Assembly: GCA_963713605.1 (NCBI GenBank)
Contig: CAVQMO010000001.1
Span: forward strand, 896,001-960,000
DNA length: 64,000 nt
DNA from: an uncultured Nitrososphaerales archaeon
Lineage (GTDB): Archaea > Thermoproteota > Nitrososphaeria > Nitrososphaerales > Nitrososphaeraceae
Reading direction: 5' to 3'
Position 1 is the first letter of the stretch; every line of letters starts with the position of its first letter. Below the pieces are notes generated by a model. The model did no database searches, was not told the DNA's origin, and was given only the letters and a program-made list of their open reading frames with translations. The translations under genes were made by a program, and so were the position numbers. Of this stretch, positions 21,232-32,142 are shown piece by piece.

Positions 21232-21825
21232 TTAAAGATGGATCAAGCTACCTTGATCGCCTGTATGTGGTGACTGACCAACAAACTTCCTTCTAAAGTG
21301 ACCAGAGGGCCTTTTTGAAAGTAATTCGATGAACCAGGCTTCGTGTTCAACTTCCTCTTGCATAATGCGTTGAGCAATATCATAGGTACGAGGGTCCTTG
21401 CCTGTAGTCATATCACAAACCTCCCCCCACGATCTTATGGCACACTGTTCCGCCTCTAACAGAACCTTTAGGATCGAGTTGATATCCTCCCAATTATCTG
21501 GTAAATAAGCATCGGGACACCCTGCCTGATCAGCGAATTTTCTAATATCTCTGGGTAGGGCCCCACCGAGTTCATACAACCTGGGAACCATTGCCTCAAA
21601 ATGATTTCTATCCTCGATACGGGCATCTTCGACTATCTCCTTTATTCCTTCTCCTTCGAGGCCGGTGCAATGCATTCTCAAGATAGTATAATAGTAGTAA
21701 GTCGTGAATTCAGCGCCAACACCTTTCGTTATTAGTTCCTTTAAACGATCTATATTCACGCCATTCTTTTCTAGAACTTCTAAAGCCACTATCTTAGGGA
21801 CGTTACCTTTTTCACTGGTTGTCAT
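21232..21825 (-). CDS. dps: DPS-like (DPSL) ferritin-superfamily protein
   Basis: [37 protein letters not shown] and PSGHFRR; characteristic Cys pair (AGCPDAY / EQCA). Confidence 0.93.
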   Translation of the reverse strand: MTTSEKGNVPKIVALEVLEKNGVNIDRLKELITKGVGAEFTTYYYYTILRMHCTGLEGEGIKEIVEDARIEDRNHFEAMVPRLYELGGALPRDIRKFADQAGCPDAYLPDNWEDINSILKVLLEAEQCAIRSWGEVCDMTTGKDPRTYDIAQRIMQEEVEHEAWFIELLSKRPSGHFRRKFVGQSPHTGDQGSLIHL

Positions 21826-21844
21826 ACCAAGAGATATTTTACTA

Positions 21845-21882
21845 TTATATAAAAGGGTTCGTTTGAACTATTTCAATTCAAA
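21845..21882 (-). promoter_or_regulatory. TATA box of the DPS-like gene plus an adjacent inverted repeat
   Basis: TTTTATATAA on the minus strand, 20-29 nt before the ATG; TTTGAA-N9-TTCAAA at 21862-21882. Confidence 0.5.
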
Positions 21883-21970
21883 GGCTGTTAATCATCGGAG
21901 GAAGTATTAATGGATAATTGAGTCCAATCTTTCAATTGAAGACTAAAATATGAGCTGCCCTCGTTACGGG

Positions 21971-23686
21971 TTAATCGAGCGGAATCGTAAAGGAAAATGC
22001 TGCCCCCTTCTCTTTTTTGGGAGCATCTGCCCATATTTCACCACCGTGGGCTTCAACAATGTTCTTTGATATGAAAAGTCCTAAACCCATACCTTTTTCT
22101 GACTTTGACGCGAATTTCTTGAACAGTCTAGGCATGATTTCAGGATCTATTCCCTTTCCGGTGTCTTCAATTCGTACTAGTAATACTCGATTTCCGTTGC
22201 CATTGAGATGCCTCTTAAAATCTTGTATATTATTCTCCTCTGATGCTGAAACAGTAACCGTGTCACCTTCGTCGGAGAATTTGATAGCATTTCCAACTAA
22301 ATTAGTCATTACCTGAGTTAGTCTTGATCTATCTGCCACAACAGACGGAGAAGGGCCCTTGCCCGCTGATCCAAACGTTATTAATGATTCAGTATGACTA
22401 GGAGACAAGGCAGAATCAAATTTTCTATTCTTGTTACGATTGTAGACTAATCTTATATTCCTAGAAAATTCTGATTCATCCAGGGCATCGTTAAAGATGC
22501 CGATCACAATTTCGTCAATATCCAGAGGTTCCTTCAGGAGTTCTAGTGATTTATTCTCAATTCTTGTGATGTCTAAAATATTCTCTGTTAATTCCTTCAG
22601 TCGCTTCGCATTACGTATTATGACCGAAAGTAGTTCTCTCTGTTTTTCCATTTGTACCTCGTGTCTTGACTTAAGAACCTCTGCAAGGCCCAGAATCGGT
22701 TGGATGGGAGCACGAAGTTCATGAGCAGCAATACTGATAAACTCTCTTTGGTCTGTTTGCTGATCCTTCAGCTGCTCACAAAGCGAATTCACCTGATCAA
22801 TCAATTCAACTTGTTTCCAAAGACTTTCGAATATGGCAACATAAGATATGGCGGCAGATTTCGTGTTAGAATAAACCGCGGATCCAAGGGCTTCGTGTAT
22901 GTCGTCTTGTGAATCGTCTTTTAGTTCGATGGCTAATGAAAGCTTTCTATCAACCACAACGACAGTAACCTTGGTCTGCAATGCAGCTTCCATGTTTCTC
23001 ACATTCACATTATCAAACTTGGTCTCTAAAGCCACAGACGCTAATTCTACGTCCTGGTCTGCCGGAGTAAGAATTCTTACTTGAAGATCTTTCCTGGAAG
23101 AAGTCACTTCCTTAAGCAATTCTGGTCCGCCAATCGATATCTGTCTCCTAAAGGCATTTGCGGTAGAAAACATAATTAGTACCTCCTTTTTCGCGGACCG
23201 TATCATCTCAAATGCTATTTTTATAATTTTATCTGGCTTATCGATTATCTGAATAATATCCTGAGTTTCTCCACTCTTCCGAGACTCATTTTGCATTTGT
23301 ATCATTTCGCCTTCATCAGGAGTAACTCGATTCCAAAATGGATCGGAAATGAATTGCTCCAGACCCAACAAGCCAGTTAATCTTTCTCCATAGACACTCT
23401 TTAGGCGTTTGAACATAACAGCGCAATCAGGAGAATCAAATTCATAATTCTTGCCTTCTACAGTCTCTATTATTGGAGAATGCCCAACGCTGCCATCGGT
23501 GGCGCTTGTGCTGTGGGAGCCCTGTGTTTCCATCTTAATCTGCTTACCACAGAGAGCACAATTTCCTTGTGGGCGAGAGGATTTATTAGATTCTGTCCCT
23601 CCTGGTATAACCGAATCGAAGGGGCTGTCATTCTTTTCTTCTTTTCCTCCTACAGTCATCACTCTAAAACTACCATCCATCCACAC
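21971..23686 (-). CDS. Cytoplasmic sensor histidine kinase with TRASH/YHS-like and PLD/TrmB-like input domains
   Basis: H-box AAHELRAPIQPI, N-box NLVGNAIKF, G1 EDTGKGI and G2 GMGLGL; N-terminal CALCG...YEFDSPDC. Confidence 0.92.
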   Translation of the reverse strand: MWMDGSFRVMTVGGKEEKNDSPFDSVIPGGTESNKSSRPQGNCALCGKQIKMETQGSHSTSATDGSVGHSPIIETVEGKNYEFDSPDCAVMFKRLKSVYGERLTGLLGLEQFISDPFWNRVTPDEGEMIQMQNESRKSGETQDIIQIIDKPDKIIKIAFEMIRSAKKEVLIMFSTANAFRRQISIGGPELLKEVTSSRKDLQVRILTPADQDVELASVALETKFDNVNVRNMEAALQTKVTVVVVDRKLSLAIELKDDSQDDIHEALGSAVYSNTKSAAISYVAIFESLWKQVELIDQVNSLCEQLKDQQTDQREFISIAAHELRAPIQPILGLAEVLKSRHEVQMEKQRELLSVIIRNAKRLKELTENILDITRIENKSLELLKEPLDIDEIVIGIFNDALDESEFSRNIRLVYNRNKNRKFDSALSPSHTESLITFGSAGKGPSPSVVADRSRLTQVMTNLVGNAIKFSDEGDTVTVSASEENNIQDFKRHLNGNGNRVLLVRIEDTGKGIDPEIMPRLFKKFASKSEKGMGLGLFISKNIVEAHGGEIWADAPKKEKGAAFSFTIPLD

Positions 23687-23847
23687 ATTGTAAACTCCAA
23701 CAATATCCCAATTGTGACATTATACTGATCTATATCCTTCTGACAGGACACATCCACCTATTTCTTAATTCAATGTGATTTAATATTTTCGCTTTCACCA
23801 CCGTATCAATCTTAGGAAACTCAGTGATACTGACAACTACTGCTTTC

Positions 23848-25347
23848 CTAACTGAATCCAAATTCCTCCCATCTCTTGGAGACTTTAGTCTGAGTTTCTT
23901 CGTCAACAGTAGCGAGAACTTGTATCTCCCGGTTAAATCCCTCCTGATGCCATTTCGTTGTCGCGTCAATTCCAACTTTAGAACCTAGGTTAAGAAGAGG
24001 AGATGAAGGATCTAAAGTATCAGTCGGAGCGTTCTCGATAAACATTAGATCACGTTTGGGATCAGTTCTCGTTGTCACTGCCCAGAGGACCTCATCCATG
24101 TCATGTACATTTATGTCGTGATCCACCGTAACGAACATCTTGGTAAGGGAAAGTTGTCCCATTCCCCAAAGCCCCATCATTACCTTCTTGGCCTGTCCCG
24201 GATATCGTTTCTTGATAGAAATAATCGCAAGTCCTTGAAACCATCCTGCAGGAGGCATTGAGAAATCAACTACCTCTGGATGGAACATCTGTATTAGAGG
24301 CAAGAATGACCGTTCTATTACCTTACCTATGTATGCATCTTCAAGGATCGGTTTGCCTACTACTGTAGTAAGATATATCGGATTCTTTCTCATGCTTATG
24401 CAGGTCAGATTAAAACACGGATAGGGCTCAGGAGGCGTATAATAACCTGTATGATCGCCAAATGGTCCTTCCATTTGTAAATCGTCTGGATCGACATAGC
24501 CTTCCAATACTATCTCCGCAGTTGCAGGAACCTCAAGATCGACTGTATTGCATTTAACTAGCTTAATGCCCTTCTTCCTTACGATTCCTGAAAACAGGTA
24601 TTTGTCCATCCCTTCTGGAATTGGTGCCACAGCGCTAAACATAGTCGCCGGATCTGCTCCAATTACAACTGCGACTGCGATTTGTCTATCTTTACTATCT
24701 TTGGATTCGTTTTTTGACGTTTTATCCTTGAGGATCTCTAGATGTTGTGCTCCGCGTTTGTGTATCTGCCAATGCATTATGGCCTTTCTTGCATTCAGGA
24801 TTTGCATTCTGTATACTCCCATGTTAGTAACTTCAGTGTCAGGATGTTTTGTCACTGTCAAGCCAAATGTTATGAATCTTCCTGCATCACCTTTGAATGA
24901 CTTCAGTATTGGAAGGTTAAATAGATCCGCCTTCTCTTCAGTTAGTACAAGTTCTTTGACTGGTCCATTGTCGATGTGCTTCGGACCATACTCCGAAATT
25001 TCAGAAAGCTTGGGCAGCATTCGAAGCTTGCCAAATACACCGGTGGGCATTTTCATTCTTGTGAGGTCTACAATCCGATTACCTATCTGGGAAAAATCAT
25101 CTTCTTCTAATGCTAACTTTAACCGCTCATTTGATCCGAATGTATTTGCCAATATTGGGATTGTATGATCCTTGACATTCTCAAAAAGAACTGCAGGTTT
25201 ATCCTTGGCATACATGAGTCTACGCATTATTTCAGCTACTTCTAAGTCGGGATCTACCGAGGCCTTTACCCGTTTCAGTTGTCCTTTTTGTTCAAACACA
25301 TCCACGAGATCTCTCAGACTCTCAAGAGTCATGGAACGGTATGTCAT
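23848..25347 (-). CDS. ubiD: UbiD-family decarboxylase (menaquinone-biosynthesis type)
   Basis: NMGVYRMQ, AEIVLEGYV, EGPFGDHTGYY and KVGIDAT. Confidence 0.93.
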   Translation of the reverse strand: MTYRSMTLESLRDLVDVFEQKGQLKRVKASVDPDLEVAEIMRRLMYAKDKPAVLFENVKDHTIPILANTFGSNERLKLALEEDDFSQIGNRIVDLTRMKMPTGVFGKLRMLPKLSEISEYGPKHIDNGPVKELVLTEEKADLFNLPILKSFKGDAGRFITFGLTVTKHPDTEVTNMGVYRMQILNARKAIMHWQIHKRGAQHLEILKDKTSKNESKDSKDRQIAVAVVIGADPATMFSAVAPIPEGMDKYLFSGIVRKKGIKLVKCNTVDLEVPATAEIVLEGYVDPDDLQMEGPFGDHTGYYTPPEPYPCFNLTCISMRKNPIYLTTVVGKPILEDAYIGKVIERSFLPLIQMFHPEVVDFSMPPAGWFQGLAIISIKKRYPGQAKKVMMGLWGMGQLSLTKMFVTVDHDINVHDMDEVLWAVTTRTDPKRDLMFIENAPTDTLDPSSPLLNLGSKVGIDATTKWHQEGFNREIQVLATVDEETQTKVSKRWEEFGFS

Positions 25348-25641
25348 TGCTCTTAACTAATAAATGAATCCAGTGAGTGAGAGAGTACTCTGCCTATGGG
25401 CATTGGAGAATAGTTGACTACACATTCCAAGGGAATTCTGGAGTCGCTGAGAAGGGCTAACACTATTCAAATTACAACTGCTTCCATGGCAAAAGAATCA
25501 ACTTGAGATTTGAATTGTTGATAAGAAGAATAGTCAATAGTTAAACAAGCTAATTCATACCAACGCGAACTGAAGGAATGTGTAAACAGATTAAGTCTAT
25601 AAGGTACTCCAACATGTTTACCCAATGTGTAAAAGGCGTAT

Positions 25642-26418
25642 TTGGCAAAAATAGTAGTAAAAGATGTAACCAAAAGATTTGTGGAACGCAGGACAGGAGC
25701 AGTAGTAACAGCCATAGAGGACATAAATTTTAGCATTGACGAAGGTCAGTTCGTTTGTCTGGTTGGACCATCGGGTTGCGGTAAGTCTACAATATTGAAT
25801 ATTCTTGCCGGCATCGAAAATCCTTCTAGCGGGACTGTGATACTCAATGGAAACCCTGTCGTCGGCACTGGACCAGATAGGATAATGGTATTTCAAGAAA
25901 ACGCTCTTTTTCCTTGGCTTAAAGTAATTGAAAACGTTGAATTTGGCTTGAAGATGGCCGGAGTAGACAAGGCCAAACGCTATGAGATAGCGATAAGATA
26001 TCTTGATATGATGCAACTAACCAAATTTGCTCAATCCTATATCTATCAACTTTCTGGAGGAATGAAACAGAGGGTCGCAATCGCACGAGCATTGGTAATG
26101 GATCCGGAAGTACTTCTGATGGACGAGCCATTCGCGGCGCTGGACTCTCAGACCCGCGATTTACTATTAGTTGAATTACAGTTGATTTGGGCGAAGACTA
26201 GGAAAACAATTGTCTTTGTGACTCACAATATTCTTGAATCAGTCTGTCTTGGGGACAAGGTTATTGTCTTCACAAGCAGGCCAGGACACTTAAAGAAGGA
26301 GATCGCCGTCGATTATAGAAGACCTCGTCTTAGCGAAGATAACAACCTTCAGCCATACTACCGTACTATATTAGATGAAGTAAAGTCTGAAATGATTGCT
26401 GCAAAAAAACTAGAGTAG
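25642..26418 (+). CDS. NitT/TauT-family ABC transporter ATP-binding subunit
   Basis: GPSGCGKST, LSGGMKQR, LLMDEPF and VFVTH. Confidence 0.93.
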   Translation: MAKIVVKDVTKRFVERRTGAVVTAIEDINFSIDEGQFVCLVGPSGCGKSTILNILAGIENPSSGTVILNGNPVVGTGPDRIMVFQENALFPWLKVIENVEFGLKMAGVDKAKRYEIAIRYLDMMQLTKFAQSYIYQLSGGMKQRVAIARALVMDPEVLLMDEPFAALDSQTRDLLLVELQLIWAKTRKTIVFVTHNILESVCLGDKVIVFTSRPGHLKKEIAVDYRRPRLSEDNNLQPYYRTILDEVKSEMIAAKKLE

Positions 26419-26478
26419 AAATGCTACAGAACAACAAGAATCACTTCTTAGTCTCTACCTTCAAATTAGCTTATGCGG

Positions 26479-27270
26479 TCATTGAAATTGAAGGTATTCT
26501 ACGCTTGATTTGAGATAACTTTTAGAACCTCGATTGCAGCCTGCGAAATGGTTTGGTGAGGTGAGCAAGACTTCGTCAGCTATCTTACTCGCTTCAAGAA
26601 TGAAGCTGACGGGATCTTTTGAGTACTCGTGCCAGTCCAACCTTATCATCTGGGCAGACTTGAGATTTTTCTCTGAAGGAATCATTATACATGCCACAGT
26701 TTTTATGCCATGCTGCTTCGCCAAGTTAACGAGTTCTCCCAAGTCAGTTAGAGATTCGATGGATTGTGTAACTAAGGAGTATGGCCCAGAAAGTATCTTT
26801 TTTTCTATCTGAAATCTGTCAGTCACCTTCGAAGGAACAGCCAGACTAAAATGTATGTACCTATCATACTTCTCACTATGCAAATTCCTAAGGATTTCCG
26901 TCGGCTTCAAATTAGACGTTGATAAATCAGGTCCTAGTTCATCCCCTTTCAAAATTAGTATACTTTCAAGGCCTAAAAGTATAGCATCTCCAACAAATTG
27001 CATAAATGAGGTATAATTGCGATCACGAGCCCTTAAGCTGCAACTAATAGGCAAACTGTTTCCAGCACGCCTGATGAAATGAGCAAAAGAAATACCCGAG
27101 ATTCTAGGAACCCCCAAGACCGAATCAGTGATGTGGATTCCATCAACTAACCCAACCAATTCCCCTGCTCTCTTAACCATCGATGACAGCGATCCCCGTA
27201 ATTCATGCTCCTCAAAATAGCGATTTTGTACTGTTTTTGGGGGATTCAGTTCAAATCGTATCTTGCTCAT
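26479..27270 (-). CDS. Methylenetetrahydrofolate reductase-like protein
   Basis: FELNPPK, GIHITDSVLG, SLRARDRN and LILKGD; the C-terminus may be frameshifted. Confidence 0.75.
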   Translation of the reverse strand: MSKIRFELNPPKTVQNRYFEEHELRGSLSSMVKRAGELVGLVDGIHITDSVLGVPRISGISFAHFIRRAGNSLPISCSLRARDRNYTSFMQFVGDAILLGLESILILKGDELGPDLSTSNLKPTEILRNLHSEKYDRYIHFSLAVPSKVTDRFQIEKKILSGPYSLVTQSIESLTDLGELVNLAKQHGIKTVACIMIPSEKNLKSAQMIRLDWHEYSKDPVSFILEASKIADEVLLTSPNHFAGCNRGSKSYLKSSVEYLQFQ

Positions 27271-27666
27271 TTATCCATCATTGGGCTAATATTAAACAGA
27301 ATACTTACATGTTCGACAATGGGGTAATTTTGGGGGGATAGCAGGTTCACCCTTAACAAATTAGCCCTGCAATTATTAAATGCTTTTTAATTTATACGTG
27401 TTACTCGGGAATCATGGTTGGGTTACATGGAATAAATATGGATTAGACTTTTTTTCTCTGACTATATACAATCTCAGGCTTGTGGAGTCTGTACAATTGA
27501 CCCTGGGCTTGGGGTACAGTTATATATTCTACCATCATAGTCATCGATTCTGCCAGTAAGACAGATGTATTTCAATTAAAACATTTAGTCATGAGTCAGT
27601 TATCATGTCCGACTTTGTGATTTAAGCGAAATATAGATACCCTTCTGGTACAATATATCATATAAC

Positions 27667-28233
27667 ATGGACAAGTCGGATCTCCTTGCAAGAATCATGC
27701 CCCATTTAAGTTGGCCGGCATCATTGGGAAATCCGATTTATGAGACATTTAGTCTATCGTCTGTAGTTGTTCTGATACACTTTACTAGATCTTCCCCCCA
27801 TATTCTCCTGACTAAAAGAAGTTCCAACCTCAAATCACATGGAGGAGAGATATCGTTTCCTGGCGGCCGGTATACCAAGGAAGATGATAATTTACTGAAC
27901 ACTGCTATTAGAGAAACGACTGAAGAGATAGGCATCAAACTTTCAAGGGATGACATTTTGGGCTGTCTTAATGCAGTGAGGACGCTTACGTCAAATTTTT
28001 TTATCGTCCCTTTCGTCAGCATTCTACAAAATATAGATCAACCTATTCCGTTCGCAGACGAAGTCGAAGCTGTATTGGATCTTCCTCTGGTATCCCTATT
28101 ATCCACGATGAGTCCAGACACAGAACATGTTTCGATAGACGAATTATACAAATTCAATTACAATTCGTACTTGATCTGGGGAGCGACTGCCCGAATCCTC
28201 AAACAGCTAAGCGAATACATTATCCAGCTATAA
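27667..28233 (+). CDS. Nudix hydrolase, CoA pyrophosphatase type
   Basis: LLTKRSSNLKSHGGEISFPGG, TAIRETTEEIG and IWGATARIL. Confidence 0.92.
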   Translation: MDKSDLLARIMPHLSWPASLGNPIYETFSLSSVVVLIHFTRSSPHILLTKRSSNLKSHGGEISFPGGRYTKEDDNLLNTAIRETTEEIGIKLSRDDILGCLNAVRTLTSNFFIVPFVSILQNIDQPIPFADEVEAVLDLPLVSLLSTMSPDTEHVSIDELYKFNYNSYLIWGATARILKQLSEYIIQL

Positions 28234-28353
28234 TAAGAAATGAACTGGCCTTCGTGCGTCGTGGATAACGCAGGCGAAGACCATCCTCTACTAGCTTTTT
28301 GGTAGATTTAACCCATTATACTTAAAGGAAAATACTACTAGACCCTTAATTTT

Positions 28354-28638
28354 ATGAATACATTCTATAATCTAACCTGGGAGACCTTGAAGATGATGCG
28401 AGTACTTGATCTTGTTGGGAGAATCCTTACACACGGAAATCACGTAGAAGTCAAGAAATCGAATCACGGATTAATGCTAATAGTCAGGCCCCAAAAAGTC
28501 CTTTCTCGTGATATAGGTGGCCTGATAAGAGATGGAGGTTTCAGACTCCAGCGATGCTATAGCGAGCCAGGGGGAGGAGCCGTACTCGTCTTCCTAAACG
28601 ATCGAGTTAAGGAAGGCGAATATGTTGAATATGGGTAG
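28354..28638 (+). CDS. Hypothetical protein
   Basis: 94-aa ORF; the start may be an internal Met. Confidence 0.5.
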   Translation: MNTFYNLTWETLKMMRVLDLVGRILTHGNHVEVKKSNHGLMLIVRPQKVLSRDIGGLIRDGGFRLQRCYSEPGGGAVLVFLNDRVKEGEYVEYG

Positions 28639-28788
28639 GTAACTAGGTAGGTACCTCGATACTACATGCATTCTTTATTGATGCCCTCTCCAGAGGGTTA
28701 GTACAATATGTTTGTATGCTAGTACTATATTGATGCTCTATATACAGAAAGAGAAAAAAGCCAAAGAACAACAATTCTGATCTCGCCT

Positions 28789-30223
28789 TTAAAGCAGCTT
28801 TTTTATCTCTTCCATCGAAGCATTGGTCTTGAAGCCAGTTTGCCTAAATGAAGTTCTACTTCCTCGATATCCTCCTTGAACAATCCGTTCCAAAATTGTG
28901 TTCATTGGAGGCGGGCTTATCTTCAATGCAGAGCCAACTTCGTCAATTGTATAGTAGAAAGGCTGATCATTGAGCTCCAGACTCAGCTAAATGGAACAGT
29001 TGAAATATATGACGAAAGTATTTTTGAGATAATAATTGGACTGATTTCTCTGAACATGGTGATTGTAGTGGTGATAGTAACGATCCTTCTGAATAAGATC
29101 CGATAAAACTACGATCGCTGTTGTTGTCCTTGGAGGGTGGCATAAAGTCACCTCGACTTAAATCGTAGCTTCGAGCACTATAATTATTTCCATTAATGCC
29201 TAATACATCAGAAATTAGTCGTTTATTAAATATCGGTTTAATCCATAGAGGACCAGCAATGGTTAATTTTTTATCATTTTTATTATTGTCATTCCTGCTG
29301 TTGCCTCCACAGATAATACATGTAAGTGGTAATTGAAACATAAACGGATGCTCTCTTCTGTTGCCGCAATTGAAGCAGTGAGTAATATAGCCCAAGTTAT
29401 CAACCAATTTGTTCGCTTCGTTACTGCTCACCCGAACTCTTACGTACACGCGGGAATAATGACGATGGGAATGAGCAAATATAGGTTCTATAGAAAGATC
29501 CATCCTTCCAGCTACTAACCCTAGAAAAGATATTAAAATTCGAATGGCAGTCTCATTTGAATAAGAACAGTTGATGGGCTTACTATAATACTTTCTGAAA
29601 CAAACCTTTGGATATTTTCCATAGAGTACTGCAGTATCAGTTGCAGTAACAGAAATGAGTCCACCATCTGTTACCGCTCTTAGTAAGGAATCTACATATG
29701 GTGACGGGCTGCCAAAGGGGTCAAGGTCCACGATAACGTATCTTTCTTTCTTATGTGAATCACGTTCGTTCAGAAATACGTGTACGTCTTTCTGAGAGTA
29801 TGAACATTTATATTCCACATAATTAAGTTTAGCCGATCCCTTGGCGGCTTCTATGGCAACTGGATTAAGATCATTAAGAATTACCTTATCTACAAGTGGA
29901 GTCTCCTTAGCTACTCTTATTGATCTAGCACCGACACCACTGAATGCATCAGCGAGGGTAATTGGTTCCTTTTTGAACTGACATGAATTCAGCCTAATAA
30001 AGGAAGTATAGATCTTAACAGATATGTCTCTGCTCAGCCTTGCAGCAGGGTTGAAGAATGCTGGAGTTCTTGGAGGAATATTCGTCCGAAGAGATTCTTT
30101 AGGAACAAGAAGAGTAGTACTTCCTTCACAAATTGGCGTGAATTCTTCGGTCAATTGTCGGTCAATTTCATATTTCAGGTTGTCACTTCTATCAATGAAT
30201 CGACCAAATTCATTGTCTGACAA
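28789..30223 (-). CDS. trm1: tRNA (guanine-26 N2)-dimethyltransferase; frameshift near 29000
   Basis: AFFNP, DAFSGVGARSIR, VDLDPFGSP, VTATD, zinc motifs CFNC/CIIC and GPLW. The C-terminus FYYTIDEV...GFKTNA is in another frame. Confidence 0.92.
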
Positions 30224-30528
30224 TGTTCATCAATTCCATCCTTTAAATTTACAAACTAGCTCAACGCATGGTATATTACATGTTTCGAATAGTTGCGGGG
30301 GTGTCGAACAAAGGAAGGTACGTAAGAGGTGAGGCTTCAGATATTGTCATAGAAATTATGACAGTATCAACACTATCGGCAAGTGGGCATATATGGTCGA
30401 ACAATCTGTTGCTTGGTTGAATTAATTTGAAATTAATTACAGCGGCAAGAGGATCAGCGCTATAAGGGAAGGCGAGCCCTTTGGATGAAAACTATAAGTA
30501 AGAAAGCGTATTTTCCTACTCATAACAA

Positions 30529-31311
30529 GTGACCAGGAAAATTAGAGAAACTGTAGTCGATATCCACTACCATCTAGGATTTAAAGTTGATCAGATCTCA
30601 AAACCTGGTGCATTCCCATCTCAAGTTGGAAATCAGACCAACAGAATACTTGGAGGAGTAGATGAAGCTGGGAGAGGCGCAGTGATTGGTCCAATGGTTG
30701 TTGCGGGCGTAAGTTTTAGAGAAAAAGACATGCGTGAGTTGGAACGGATTGGAGTAAAGGATTCAAAAGAGCTTTCCAGAAAAGAGAGAGCCGAAAAATA
30801 TGGGCAAGTTGTCGGAATAGCAAGATCAATCTGTATTTGTGTAGTACAGACTACAGAGATAGATGATCATGTTTCTTTTAATAGACTAAACCATCTGGAA
30901 GCCTTGGCCATGGCTCAGGTTATCGATAACATGAATGCTAATAGCATATTTGTAGACTGTTGCGATGTAAATCAAGAAAAATTTAAAGCCTATATTCTGA
31001 GCAACCTCAAGAGAAGAATTCGAATAAGAAAGGGAAAGCTAGATATTTTTTCATTCCATCATGCAGATAGTTTGCATCTGGCAGTGTCAGCTGCTTCAAT
31101 AGTTGCTAAGGTGATCCGGGAAGAAGAGCTTGGTAACATTAAGAGGGTCCATCAAGGGATCGGTAGCGGATACCCATCGGATAAGAAGACGGCTGGCTTC
31201 ATTAAATCATGGATTGACGAGGCTGGTGTGGCTCCTCCATTTGTCAGAAATTCTTGGTTACCTGTTAAGAAGTTACTCAGGGAACGACAGCAACGACAAC
31301 TTGTACCTTAG
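30529..31311 (+). CDS. rnhB: Ribonuclease HII
   Basis: GVDEAGRG, DSK, VSAASIVAKV and GSGYPSD. Confidence 0.95.
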   Translation: MTRKIRETVVDIHYHLGFKVDQISKPGAFPSQVGNQTNRILGGVDEAGRGAVIGPMVVAGVSFREKDMRELERIGVKDSKELSRKERAEKYGQVVGIARSICICVVQTTEIDDHVSFNRLNHLEALAMAQVIDNMNANSIFVDCCDVNQEKFKAYILSNLKRRIRIRKGKLDIFSFHHADSLHLAVSAASIVAKVIREEELGNIKRVHQGIGSGYPSDKKTAGFIKSWIDEAGVAPPFVRNSWLPVKKLLRERQQRQLVP

Positions 31312-31389
31312 CCTCGAGGCTCAGGAATAGGACGAACAGGGAAAGGCGTTGCAGATTGGAAAAGCTTTGATCCCTTGCGATGGGGCATT

Positions 31390-32061
31390 TTACTTCGAGT
31401 ACAGTGCATAAATCATGCCATGGTCCTTATCAAAGGGTTCAAGGTCAATTATCTGCTGTATGTTGAACCCATTTGATTCGAGTTTCTTTGCTTCCTCCTT
31501 TATCACTACCTTAGGGTCTTTGACCACATCTATACTTCTAGACTTTACAACCAGAAGTAATACTCCTCCCTTTTCTAGGTATACCTTGCAGTTCTCAATG
31601 GCAATATCGGTCTGATCGGGTTGAGCTATATCACAGTATACTATCTGTACCGTCCCAAATACAGAATAATATGATTTTGGCCTACGACCATCTTCAACGA
31701 TTGGAATTATGTTATACCTACGCGTTGCCACATTCTCTAAAAGCTCTCGTGCAACTCTAACCGCAGGCTCTACCGCAAATAGGATACCTTCATTTCCGAT
31801 AATATCCGATATATGACTTACAGTAGTACCTGTTGAAGCGCCTAGATATAATACCCTGGAACCAACTCTAAAGGGAAAATTCTGCATTCCTTTATGAACG
31901 GCCGCAGCTAACTTGCTCCTATACACGTCCCATTGTCTAAATTCCATATGATTATCCTGTATGAGCCGCTCACCGTATACAGTGTTCCCTTTGTCTAAAT
32001 TCGGTGTGGCTAGGCACTTTTGTCCATCAACATATATCCATACCTTACTGTTGCTGTTCAA
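31390..32061 (-). CDS. flpA: Fibrillarin-like rRNA/tRNA 2'-O-methyltransferase
   Basis: VYGE, RSKLAAA, VLYLGASTGTTVSHISDI and DIAQPDQ. Confidence 0.96.
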   Translation of the reverse strand: MNSNSKVWIYVDGQKCLATPNLDKGNTVYGERLIQDNHMEFRQWDVYRSKLAAAVHKGMQNFPFRVGSRVLYLGASTGTTVSHISDIIGNEGILFAVEPAVRVARELLENVATRRYNIIPIVEDGRRPKSYYSVFGTVQIVYCDIAQPDQTDIAIENCKVYLEKGGVLLLVVKSRSIDVVKDPKVVIKEEAKKLESNGFNIQQIIDLEPFDKDHGMIYALYSK

Positions 32062-32142
32062 GTTATCCGTACTCCTTTGTCAGGCTATTTTGAAATACCT
32101 GTAGACTACTTCGGAAAGAGTTTGAATCTCGTTCGAACATTT

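Noticed and set aside
24548..25168. Long antisense ORFs (here and at 14806, 43273, 58876 and others)
   Set aside because: They are shadows of well-supported genes on the opposite strand and carry no motifs.
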